Below, piece by piece: positions 56,337-64,000 of a stretch of DNA of 64,000 bases; the first letter of the stretch is position 1; each line of letters opens with the position of its first letter. Origin of the DNA: Mediterraneibacter gnavus (GTDB lineage Bacteria; Pseudomonadota; Alphaproteobacteria; RF32; CAG-239); contig CAVEOB010000001.1 of NCBI GenBank assembly GCA_963617265.1, positions 8,366-72,365 of the forward strand, written 5' to 3'. The translations under genes were made by a program, and so were the position numbers. Below the pieces are notes generated by a model, which saw only the letters and a list, made by a program, of their open reading frames with translations, did not search any database and was not told where the DNA came from.

Positions 56337-56927
56337 ATGTTGCTTTTCAGTTTGGCTCTTGCCGCTGCTATTTTTTATGTTGTGCCGAGTTATGCTAATC
56401 CGGCGTGCGCGGTTTGCACGGTGGGAGTTGCCGTAGGTTTGGAAGTTGCCCGCAACTTGGGGGTTGATGACAGCGTGATTGCTGTTTGGGCGGGCGCTTT
56501 GCTGATGCTTGTCGGCTATTGGACAATTTTGTGGTGCGATAAAAAAGGCTGGAATTTTGCCTTTCGCAACCAGCTTTTAATTATATTGTCGCTTTCAATG
56601 ATTGCCGGTGTGTATATTAAGGATTTGACTTATACTCCGAAACCGATTTTAGTTTTTTATCTTGATCCGTTTTTGTTTTGCACATTACTTGGCGCAGCCG
56701 TATTGACCTATAGTTCAGTGTTTTATCAATGGATGAAGGCAAAAAACGGCGGACATGCCCATTTTCCGTTTGAAAAAGTGGTGCTGCCGATTGCCGCGCT
56801 GGCTTTAACCAGTTATGCCGTGAACTATTTTGAGGTTTGCAAACCTCTGCCAGGTGGAACTGCTGCAGAAAATACGGCTACGGCTTTGCCTGATGACGGT
56901 TCGGATATTTATGACTTTAGCAAATAA
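56337..56927 (+). CDS. hypothetical polytopic membrane protein (196 aa)
   Basis: Five predicted TM helices, followed by a hairpin terminator around 56950..56990. Confidence 0.5.
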   Translation: MLLFSLALAAAIFYVVPSYANPACAVCTVGVAVGLEVARNLGVDDSVIAVWAGALLMLVGYWTILWCDKKGWNFAFRNQLLIILSLSMIAGVYIKDLTYTPKPILVFYLDPFLFCTLLGAAVLTYSSVFYQWMKAKNGGHAHFPFEKVVLPIAALALTSYAVNYFEVCKPLPGGTAAENTATALPDDGSDIYDFSK

Positions 56928-57226
56928 TTAGACGTTAGAGCCAAAAGAAAGAGACGCATACATTTTAGGTGTGGGTCTCTTTTTTTAATTTAAATCTGTA
57001 AAAGAAAAAAATATAACTTTTTGATTGAATTTTAGTAATAATATGTTATTATCCGATTCGTAATAATAAGAGTTAAAAATTTAATATTCTAAATTTAGTA
57101 AAGGTTTTGAGAGATGGACTATATGGAAGTTACGCGGGATTTTTCCAGCTGGAAACTATGCTATTATCTGCTTAGCATGATGGTTTTGCACCGGTGGTAT
57201 CTGATTTATGTTAAAGATGTGTAGAT

Positions 57227-57925
57227 TCAGCGGCTTTGATTGTTGATAACGGCGCAAATTTCAGCAATTTCCTGCTGAGTTACATGGTGCGTCAGTTCAG
57301 CATAGGTGAAAATTTTGACAGCCAATCCATGGCGCTTTAGCCAAAAAATAGTAGAGTTAAGGGTTTTAAACTGAACTTTTGAATCATTACGTCCGTGAAA
57401 AAGATATACCGGCGGTAAAGAATTTACTTTTTTTGCCAAGAGCTTGCGTCCGGCAATTAAGCCGGAAATGGCAAAAACTCCGCCGATTTGGGCAGAGCGG
57501 CTGATTGCGGTATATAAAGCCAGCATGGCGCCTTGAGAAAAGCCTATGAGATAGGTGTGCGCATTGTCAATGCCGTATTTTTTTTGCAATTCATCAATAA
57601 AACTATTTATTTGCCGAGCCACGGCGTTTATGGTAAACGCGGTTTTGTTATAGATGGCATTGATGAGCTTGGTTTCAGTTTCCGGCTTAGAACGCAGATT
57701 TTCCGAATCGTATTGCTGCATGCCGAACCATTGAAACTGAAGCGGATTTTTTTCGCAAACATCGGCGGCTCGGGGCATAACCACATAACTGTTTGAGAGT
57801 TGTTTGCGCAAGGTTGTGAAAGTATCGGCATGATTTTCAACACAATCATTGTAACCATGTAAAAAAACAATCAAATTTTTTGCCGGCTTGCGCGGTTTGT
57901 TTACTTTATATTCAAACAATTCCAT
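57227..57925 (-). CDS. alpha/beta hydrolase (phospholipase/carboxylesterase family)
   Basis: 232 aa with the nucleophile elbow GFSQG (LIGFSQGAMLAL) and the fold order of Est/PLP-type esterases. Confidence 0.7.
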   Translation of the reverse strand: MELFEYKVNKPRKPAKNLIVFLHGYNDCVENHADTFTTLRKQLSNSYVVMPRAADVCEKNPLQFQWFGMQQYDSENLRSKPETETKLINAIYNKTAFTINAVARQINSFIDELQKKYGIDNAHTYLIGFSQGAMLALYTAISRSAQIGGVFAISGLIAGRKLLAKKVNSLPPVYLFHGRNDSKVQFKTLNSTIFWLKRHGLAVKIFTYAELTHHVTQQEIAEICAVINNQSR

Positions 57926-57984
57926 CTCTCCAAAATAATGGCGTATTATAAGGTGGCGATTATTAAAAAAGTGCTTATAAAAAG

Positions 57985-58014
57985 AAAAATCCGCCTTTAA
58001 AAAAGCGGATTTTG
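57985..58014. terminator. bidirectional hairpin terminator (AAAATCCGCCTTTAAAAAAGCGGATTTT)
   Basis: Stem AAAATCCGC/GCGGATTTT with A/T flanks, upstream of the esterase start and downstream of the small minus-strand ORF. Confidence 0.5.
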
Positions 58015-58026
58015 ATAGGCTCTAAT

Positions 58027-58212
58027 TTAGAGAAAGTCATCTCGGCGGTTTTGGCGCGGACGGTCTTGAGCTTGCGGCAAATCTTTGTTACCGTGCCAAG
58101 CCGAAGACTTAGAATTTTTTACACCTTGTCCCAACAAATCATACGGGTCGAAAAGGTCGTTGCAACCGTTTTCAACAGCATCAGAAGATGTGCGATTAAC
58201 TTTATCAACCAT
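58027..58212 (-). CDS. possible small protein (61 aa)
   Basis: ORF with host-like codons, bracketed by terminators. No RBS evident. Confidence 0.25.
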   Translation of the reverse strand: MVDKVNRTSSDAVENGCNDLFDPYDLLGQGVKNSKSSAWHGNKDLPQAQDRPRQNRRDDFL

Positions 58213-58288
58213 GGTAAAAAAATTTAATAATTATAGATTAACTTTGCTTAGCATATCAAAAAGCAAAGACTTTGTCAAATTTTAAAAA

Positions 58289-58331
58289 ACAAACAAAGAC
58301 ACAATCAGCTAAGAATGTGTCTTTGTTTGTT
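58289..58331. terminator. rho-independent terminator (13-bp stem AAACAAAGACACA / TGTGTCTTTGTTT) for the WG-repeat lipoprotein gene
   Basis: Perfect stem, 10 nt downstream of the minus-strand stop at 58339. Confidence 0.6.
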
Positions 58332-58338
58332 TCAGAAG

Positions 58339-59106
58339 TTAGAATTTTGCATAATCGAGCTCACCGACAGGTTCGCCGACAGGGAATTTAACAAGCTTCT
58401 TGATTTCTGCCTCAGAAGCGTTGTAATAGGCATTGTCCTGATCGCAGAGCTTCCATTCGCCTTCGATGCATGTTACAACAGCAAAGTCTTTGGCGGACTT
58501 GTAGTTTACAACGTAAACTCTGTTATAAGCTCTGTCAAACTCATAGTTTCCGTCTAGAGATTTCACACCCCAGAGGTTGTTCTCCTTGAGAAATACGAAA
58601 TGGTCGGTCACAACTATTTTTTCGTACATACCCCAAGAGGTTTTAGCCTTAGCGACGTAGACAGCCATCTTGTCCTTGTTGAAGAAACGATAGACGGCGC
58701 CGTCATTCTCACGCTCGACACGCTCGTATCCACCTTCACGCAGCACTTTGCCGTTCATGTCGGCAACAGTGTACAGCTTGGTGTCAGTATAGCACTTGAA
58801 GCCCTTGAGATTTGCATCATAAGAGATGTTTGCAAACCGAGGTTCAATGAGGAGCTTGCCATCTTTCTTCAGACCGGCGCGTACCTTGGATTCAGTTTCG
58901 CCAAAGGGCACGATAGAGGACTGGAAGATGACGTAGCCGTCAAACAAGTCGACCTGACTCAGAACATCGCCGATATCCTCAGAAGACTCGGTCAATGCGT
59001 CAGGCTCTGCGGTTTTAGACTTGTTGCCGTTACCGCAAGATGAAAGACCAACACTGGTGAACAATATTACCAACATTGTTACCAAAGAAAAAACAAAATT
59101 CTTCAT
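58339..59106 (-). CDS. WG-repeat lipoprotein (hypothetical), strongly atypical codon usage; probable horizontally acquired gene
   Basis: Lipobox LSSCG, then repeated WG-containing beta-strand motifs (NNLWGVKSLDGNYEF, TSWGMYEKIVV). Codons are AAG/CTC/GTC/GAC-rich, unlike all neighbouring genes. Confidence 0.65.
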   Translation of the reverse strand: MKNFVFSLVTMLVILFTSVGLSSCGNGNKSKTAEPDALTESSEDIGDVLSQVDLFDGYVIFQSSIVPFGETESKVRAGLKKDGKLLIEPRFANISYDANLKGFKCYTDTKLYTVADMNGKVLREGGYERVERENDGAVYRFFNKDKMAVYVAKAKTSWGMYEKIVVTDHFVFLKENNLWGVKSLDGNYEFDRAYNRVYVVNYKSAKDFAVVTCIEGEWKLCDQDNAYYNASEAEIKKLVKFPVGEPVGELDYAKF

Positions 59107-59275
59107 AACGTAGAAAAATAAAGGATTAAAAATAGTGTTAAAAATTTGCTTTATGACAAATAGGTAACATATTCTGTTTATTTTGTCAATATTTTTTTAG
59201 ATTTTTTTGCACCGTTGAAAAAAATGCTTGATTATTTAAAAAGATTATATTATTTGTAAGGTGTTTTTTGGGGCT

Positions 59276-59361
59276 GCGGTCATGGCGAAATTGGTAGACG
59301 CGTAACGTTGAGGTCGTTATGAACTAAGTTCATGGAAGTTCAAGTCTTCTTGGCCGCACCA
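59276..59361 (+). tRNA. tRNA-Leu (anticodon GAG), type II with long variable arm, encoded CCA
   Basis: GCGGTCATGGCGAAATTGGTAGACGCG / anticodon arm TAACG-TTGAGGT-CGTTA / variable arm TGAACTAAGTTCATG / T-arm GAAGTTCAAGTCTTC / TGGCCGCACCA. Confidence 0.9.
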
Positions 59362-59407
59362 TAAAAAACTGACTTTGCTTTATATTTGTCAAAGGAGTGG
59401 GCTGGCT

Positions 59408-60361
59408 ATGTTGAAAATTTATAAAACTGAAAACGGCGGCAAATTAGTCAAGCTCAAGCAGTCTCGTAATGTTTCCCAAGCATGGTTTAGTTTGATAAAC
59501 CCGACAGGAGAAGAAATTGAACAGGTTTCTTCTATGCTGAAGGTCGATTCGGATATTTTGAAAAATTCTTTGGATGCCGATGAACGTTCGCGCACTGAAG
59601 TTGACGACGGAGTCTTTTCGGCAATTATCAATCTGCCGCTGCTGGACGAAGAGGGTAATTTTGATACGTTGCCTTGCGGTTTGGTGTTTTCGGCTAAAAA
59701 CTTTTTGACTATTTGTTCTAAAGACAACCGAATCCTTGGGGCTTTTAATAAAAATACGGCAAAAACCTTTGATACGCGTGAGCGCACGCGCTTTATGCTG
59801 CTGATTTTATATAAAATCACTCAGTTTTATCTGCGCTATTTGGCAATTATCAACCGTAAAACCGAGCATATTGAAGACGCTTTGAAGCAAACAACCAACA
59901 ATCAAGAGCTTTTTCAGCTGATAGAAATTCAAAAATCTTTGGTTTATTTTACGACGGCTCTGCGCGATAATCATTTGGTTTTGGAAAAAATCCTTCGTAT
60001 GATAAAGTCGCCGGCAACTTCAAAACTGCTGGCATTTACCGAAGATGACATTGATTTGCTGGAAGATGTTATTGTTGAAAATAAACAAGCTATTGAAATG
60101 GTGGATATGCACCGCTCCATTTTAGAGGGAATGATGGACGGTTTTGCATCTATTATCAATAATAATGTGAATTTGGTGATGAAATTTTTGGCAGCTATCA
60201 CGATTGTGCTGTCAATTCCAACTATGCTGGCAAGCTTTTGGGGAATGAATGTGGCTGTTCCGGCGGCAAATATGCAGTACGGCTTTTGGGTGGTGCTGTC
60301 ACTTTCTGTGCTGGCAACCTTGATTGTGATTATTTACTTTCGCAAAAAAGGTATGTTTTAG
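59408..60361 (+). CDS. corA: magnesium/cobalt transporter CorA
   Basis: C-terminal two TM helices with the GMN motif (FWGMNV). 317 aa from ATG 59408, which has an AAGGAG RBS 10 nt upstream. The track ORF start at 59375 would abut the tRNA. Confidence 0.85.
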   Translation: MLKIYKTENGGKLVKLKQSRNVSQAWFSLINPTGEEIEQVSSMLKVDSDILKNSLDADERSRTEVDDGVFSAIINLPLLDEEGNFDTLPCGLVFSAKNFLTICSKDNRILGAFNKNTAKTFDTRERTRFMLLILYKITQFYLRYLAIINRKTEHIEDALKQTTNNQELFQLIEIQKSLVYFTTALRDNHLVLEKILRMIKSPATSKLLAFTEDDIDLLEDVIVENKQAIEMVDMHRSILEGMMDGFASIINNNVNLVMKFLAAITIVLSIPTMLASFWGMNVAVPAANMQYGFWVVLSLSVLATLIVIIYFRKKGMF

Positions 60362-60440
60362 CAAAAAAAATCTGTAGACTATTTAAATTCCGTCTTTTCA
60401 TCTTAAATCGTTTGGGTATACTCTATGTCAGGTTTAAAGT

Positions 60441-60929
60441 ATGGGGAGAAATTTTGTGAAGCTCGGGCTGATTGTAATTGTTTTAACAATAATTGCTGAC
60501 CAAATCAGTAAATTTTTTGTATCTGCAAATTTGTCAGAAGAGCTGCCGGTGGCGGTTACAAGCTTTTTTAGCTGGGTTAAGGTTTGGAATACCGGCGTTA
60601 GTTTTTCTATGTTTAATAATCACGGACAGACCGGCGCTATTGTTTTAAGCTTGTTTGCTCTTGGCGTGGCGGCGTTTTTGTTCAGCTGGATGATAAAAGA
60701 AAAGAATGAGCTGAAAATAGCCGCGTTGGCTTTGATTATTGGCGGAGCTTTGGGAAATGTGATTGACCGCGTGCGTTTTGGCGCGGTGTTGGATTTTTTG
60801 GATTTTCACTATCAAAATTGGCATTGGCCGGCGTTTAATTTGGCAGATAGTTTTATCTGTGTGGGCGTGTTTATTTTGATTGCTATAGAAATTTTTGAAA
60901 ATAAAAAGAAAAAAATCGAGGAGGTTTAA
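60441..60929 (+). CDS. lspA: lipoprotein signal peptidase (signal peptidase II)
   Basis: 162 aa with four TM helices and the conserved Asp-containing boxes (NTGVSFS, FNLADSFI). Confidence 0.85.
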   Translation: MGRNFVKLGLIVIVLTIIADQISKFFVSANLSEELPVAVTSFFSWVKVWNTGVSFSMFNNHGQTGAIVLSLFALGVAAFLFSWMIKEKNELKIAALALIIGGALGNVIDRVRFGAVLDFLDFHYQNWHWPAFNLADSFICVGVFILIAIEIFENKKKKIEEV

Positions 60930-60930
60930 T

Positions 60931-61137
60931 ATGAAAAAGCTAAGTCTTATGTTGGTTTTAGGAATGGTAGTATTAGGAATTTCGGCTTGCGGTTTGACCA
61001 AAGAAAAGCTTGGTTTTGCCCGTCAAGGACCTGATGAAACTAAGATTGTGAAAAAACAGCCGCTGATTTTGCCTCCGGAATACAGCGTTCGTCCTAAAAA
61101 TGTAGAAGTAACAGAAGATTTGAATGAAGATGAATAA
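60931..61137 (+). CDS. small lipoprotein (68 aa)
   Basis: GAGGAGG RBS, MKKLSLMLVLGMVVLGISACG lipobox, then a short polar peptide. Confidence 0.5.
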   Translation: MKKLSLMLVLGMVVLGISACGLTKEKLGFARQGPDETKIVKKQPLILPPEYSVRPKNVEVTEDLNEDE

Positions 61138-62476
61138 ATTTTATCAAATTTTAGTTGCCGCAGCGTTGCTTTTGCCTTTGAATGCCGGCGCTAAAGAGCT
61201 GTTCAAAGCAAAGGAATTTAAACTGGACAATGGTTTGCAAGTGGTGGTGATAGAAAATCATAAAGCACCGCTGATTAAGCATATGGTATGGTACAACGCT
61301 GGTGCGGTTGATGAAAAATACGGCAAAGGCGGCAGCGCGCATTTGCTGGAGCATTTGATGTTCCGCGGTACCAAAAAGGTCAAAGACGGGGAATTTAATT
61401 CGGCAATGCATGAAAACGGCGTCGACAGCAACGCTTTTACCTCTTATGATATGACGGTATATCATGAATTTGCCGATGTCAGCCGTTTAGAAGCCTTGAT
61501 GGCGTTGGAAGCCGACAGAATGCAGAATTTGAACTTTGATGAAAAAGCATTTGCCGCCGAGCAGAAAATTGTGTTTCAAGAACGTAAACAGGTGGTGGAA
61601 AATAATCCGTCGGCTCCGTTCGGCGAGCGTTTGAATCTTTTGCTGTGGGGAAATTCGCCTTACGGACATCCGGTAACTGGCTTGGCTGATGAAATTATGT
61701 CATTGACGGCAGAAGATGTGCGTGATTTTTATCAAAGCTATTATGCTCCAAACAACGCGGTTTTGGTTTTGGCGGGAGATATAGACGTGCCGACTGCTAA
61801 AAAATTGGCGGAAAAGTATTACGGCAAAATTCCGGCAAGAGAAATTGTAAAACAAAAAATCGCGGCGGAGAATGTTAAATTTAACGAACGATTGAAAATG
61901 AAACTTCCGCAAATTACTACGCCGAAACTGGTTTATAAATATTTGCTGCCGGACACTGAAACGCTGAATGATAAAATATATGATTATATGGTGCTGGCAG
62001 AATATTTAGGCGGCGGGCAAACCTCGGCTTTGTATAATGCTTTGGTGGAAAAGCTTAAAGTTGCGGTTGGCGTTTCGGCAGATTACAGCTTTAACGCTTC
62101 GGCGAACAGCGTGTTTTCTCTTTCGGCTATTCCGGCTCCTCAAACAACTATGCTGGCGCTGAAAATTGCTTTGCGAGAAGCAAGAGCCGAAGCTTTGCAA
62201 AATTTGACTGCAGAAAAGTTAGAAAAAGTTAAAAAGAAAATGGTCGCTGATTTGGTGTTTGCCAATGATAATCCCGAAGATGCTGCTTATTGGCTGGGCT
62301 ATATGCTGACAAATGGCTTTAGTTTGGCAGAAGCGCAGAACTATGCCGATAAAATAAATGCGGTTACAATGGACGGCGTGCTGCAGGCGGCAAAAGAAGT
62401 GTTTTTAGATTCATCTGTAGTGGAGGGCGAATTGTTCCCTTTGACGACAGCCGCGGGAGAAAAACAAGATGATTAA
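61124..62476 (+). CDS. M16 family zinc peptidase (pitrilysin/PqqL-like), active subunit
   Basis: Signal peptide; inverted zinc motif HxxEH (HLLEHLMFRGT) and a downstream Glu. Confidence 0.8.
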   Translation: MKMNKFYQILVAAALLLPLNAGAKELFKAKEFKLDNGLQVVVIENHKAPLIKHMVWYNAGAVDEKYGKGGSAHLLEHLMFRGTKKVKDGEFNSAMHENGVDSNAFTSYDMTVYHEFADVSRLEALMALEADRMQNLNFDEKAFAAEQKIVFQERKQVVENNPSAPFGERLNLLLWGNSPYGHPVTGLADEIMSLTAEDVRDFYQSYYAPNNAVLVLAGDIDVPTAKKLAEKYYGKIPAREIVKQKIAAENVKFNERLKMKLPQITTPKLVYKYLLPDTETLNDKIYDYMVLAEYLGGGQTSALYNALVEKLKVAVGVSADYSFNASANSVFSLSAIPAPQTTMLALKIALREARAEALQNLTAEKLEKVKKKMVADLVFANDNPEDAAYWLGYMLTNGFSLAEAQNYADKINAVTMDGVLQAAKEVFLDSSVVEGELFPLTTAAGEKQDD

Positions 62477-63884
62477 GCATGCAAAACCAAGAAATTTAAT
62501 ATATTATCTCAAGCGTTTGTTTGTTTTGCTGATAGCTATAGCCGCGGGCTGGCAGATAGGCATTCGGTGCAAAGATTTGGGCAGTATAAACGTTGAACAT
62601 ATTTTGAATGAGTCGGAATTAAAAAACAAAAAATTTGCGGCTAAAGTCATAAAAATCGAGCAAGGCTATTTGTCGGCTTATTTTATGGAAGAACATTCTA
62701 ATCCGATTGTCAGCGTCAATTTTGTTTTCAGAAACGCAGGTTCGGCGCATGAGCCTGAAAATAAACAAGGGCTGGCGTTGCTGGCGTCTGAGCTTTTAAC
62801 GGAAGGAGCTGGCAAATATGACAGTCAGTCGTTTAAAACTACGGCTGAAGAAAACGGCGTAAAATTGGGATTTTCCGTTTCGGCAGATGATTTCGGCGGC
62901 GCGGTGGCGTTTCCTAAAGAAAATCAGGCGGTTGCTGTTGATTTGCTGTGTTCGGCTTTATATGAAACTAGTTTGAATGAAGAAGCGGTAGCTTTAAAAA
63001 AACAGCAGCTTTTAACGGCTCTGAAAATGCAGAGCGAAAATCCGCAGCAGGTTTTGGCAAACAAGTTTAAAGAAGATATTTTTGCTGGTCACCCTTATGC
63101 CCGCAACAGTTTGGGAAAAGCCGAAGATATTAAAAGCATATCGGTTGATGAAATACGGGCTTTTTTGCAAAATTCATTGGCGCAAGACAATTTGGTAGTT
63201 GGAATTACCGGCGATCTGAGCGAAGACGAAGCCAAAAATCTGCTGACCGAATTTTTTAATAAACTTCCTGAAAAAAGCCAAAATGAAGCTTTGCAAAAAA
63301 TTGAGTTTAATTCGTCCGGAGCAGAATATAATACTAAATTAAAAACTGCGCAGTCACTGACGCGTTTTGTGACAAAGGGAACATATCGGGACAGCGTCGA
63401 TTTTTATCCGCTGTATTTGGCAAATTATATTTTCGGCGAATCCGGTTTGAGCTCTCGTTTGTCAAAAGTTATTAGAGAAAAAGAAGGTTTAACTTATGGA
63501 GTTTATACCTATTTAACTCAAAAAGATGCGGTTGCTTTAATTGAGGGCGGTTATTCGGCAACACCGGAAAACTTTGCCGCTGCGCAAAAATTATTATTAA
63601 AAGAATGGAAAAAAATCAGCAAAATCGGTGTAACAAAACAAGAATTAGCTAATGCTAAAGAGTCCTTGCTTAACTCATTTTATTTGCGTTTTGCCACAAT
63701 AGACGGTATATCCGATATGCTGGTTTTAATGCAAAAATATAACTTAGGGCTTGATTTTTTAGACAAACGCAATGATTATATCCGTCAGGTGTCGTTGGAA
63801 GAGGTAAATGCCGCCGCAAAGAAATATTTTAGCGAACAGCCTGATTTTGTGAATGTCGGAGTGGAAAATACGGAGGAAAAGTAA
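62469..63884 (+). CDS. M16 family peptidase-like protein lacking the HxxEH motif (non-catalytic partner subunit)
   Basis: M16 N- and C-domain architecture, but the zinc-ligand position reads HEPEN. Translationally coupled to the preceding M16 gene (8-nt overlap). Confidence 0.75.
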   Translation: MIKHAKPRNLIYYLKRLFVLLIAIAAGWQIGIRCKDLGSINVEHILNESELKNKKFAAKVIKIEQGYLSAYFMEEHSNPIVSVNFVFRNAGSAHEPENKQGLALLASELLTEGAGKYDSQSFKTTAEENGVKLGFSVSADDFGGAVAFPKENQAVAVDLLCSALYETSLNEEAVALKKQQLLTALKMQSENPQQVLANKFKEDIFAGHPYARNSLGKAEDIKSISVDEIRAFLQNSLAQDNLVVGITGDLSEDEAKNLLTEFFNKLPEKSQNEALQKIEFNSSGAEYNTKLKTAQSLTRFVTKGTYRDSVDFYPLYLANYIFGESGLSSRLSKVIREKEGLTYGVYTYLTQKDAVALIEGGYSATPENFAAAQKLLLKEWKKISKIGVTKQELANAKESLLNSFYLRFATIDGISDMLVLMQKYNLGLDFLDKRNDYIRQVSLEEVNAAAKKYFSEQPDFVNVGVENTEEK

Positions 63885-63889
63885 AAAGA

Positions 63890-64000
63890 ATGTTTGGTAA
63901 AAGTGAATTGAAATCTTGGAATAAATTAGATAGTCTGTATCGCCGTTTCAAAAAAACGCAAATGAAAGATTTGTTTGATAAAGATGAAAAACGCGCAGAC
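63890..64000 (+). CDS. pgi: glucose-6-phosphate isomerase, N-terminal fragment (continues past window end)
   Basis: N-terminus SELKSWNKLDSLYRRFKKTQMKDLFDKDEKRAD matches the Pgi N-terminal signature (..AW.AL..HF.EMK...M.DLFAKD..RF). Confidence 0.6.
   Translation, partial: MFGKSELKSWNKLDSLYRRFKKTQMKDLFDKDEKRAD

Noticed and set aside
58600-59043. 147-aa + ORF
   Set aside because: It is antisense to the WG-repeat lipoprotein gene. The minus-strand gene has a lipobox, repeats and a terminator.
59375-59407. Track start of corA at 59375
   Set aside because: It would begin 14 nt after the tRNA-Leu 3' end with no RBS. ATG 59408 has an AAGGAG RBS and gives the canonical 317-aa CorA length.

Overview
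This 64 kb window is chromosomal DNA from a low-GC (roughly 40% by eye), Gram-negative, probably host-associated proteobacterium. Mla, PBP1C/alpha-2-macroglobulin, Tat and LspA indicate a diderm. The HprK-C-terminal-like protein, the bactofilin/M23 pair and the paired M16 peptidases point towards Alphaproteobacteria, but I cannot confirm the taxon from sequence alone. I can support about 58 protein-coding genes, two tRNAs (Thr-UGU, Leu-GAG), one frameshifted pseudogene and several clean rho-independent terminators.

Most of the window is housekeeping:
- tsaE, an hprK-like gene, mlaEF, radA, cvpA and an MsbA-like ABC exporter
- an M20 peptidase, xerC/D-family recombinase, rpmG (missed by the >=60 aa ORF track), ctpA-like S41 peptidase, xth, a SPOR protein, nagZ, tatA and psd
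- glgB-glgX-malQ
- pbpC plus a thioester alpha-2-macroglobulin
- a MacAB-like efflux operon, an LmdC-like M23 peptidase plus bactofilin, and smpB
- xseB-ispA, corA, lspA and two M16 peptidases
- the 5' end of pgi

Accessory or unusual content:
- Tandem paralogous type IV pilin-like genes that share an identical roughly 380 bp 5' block but have divergent C-terminal domains. Each is preceded by a (TC)n dinucleotide tract and an upstream mini-ORF in its leader. This is a candidate phase- and antigenic-variation locus.
- An autotransporter whose passenger combines N-terminal ankyrin repeats with a subtilisin (S8) domain.
- A single-polypeptide LplT-PlsC-Aas fusion.
- Two loci with clearly foreign codon usage: a convergent hypothetical pair at 42.4-44.0 kb, and a WG-repeat lipoprotein next to tRNA-Leu.
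- A degenerate 60-100 nt intergenic repeat family in three copies.
- A frameshifted Vat-type acetyltransferase.
- Several proteins carrying long low-complexity charged tails.

I found no CRISPR array, IS element, integrase or recognisable defence operon.
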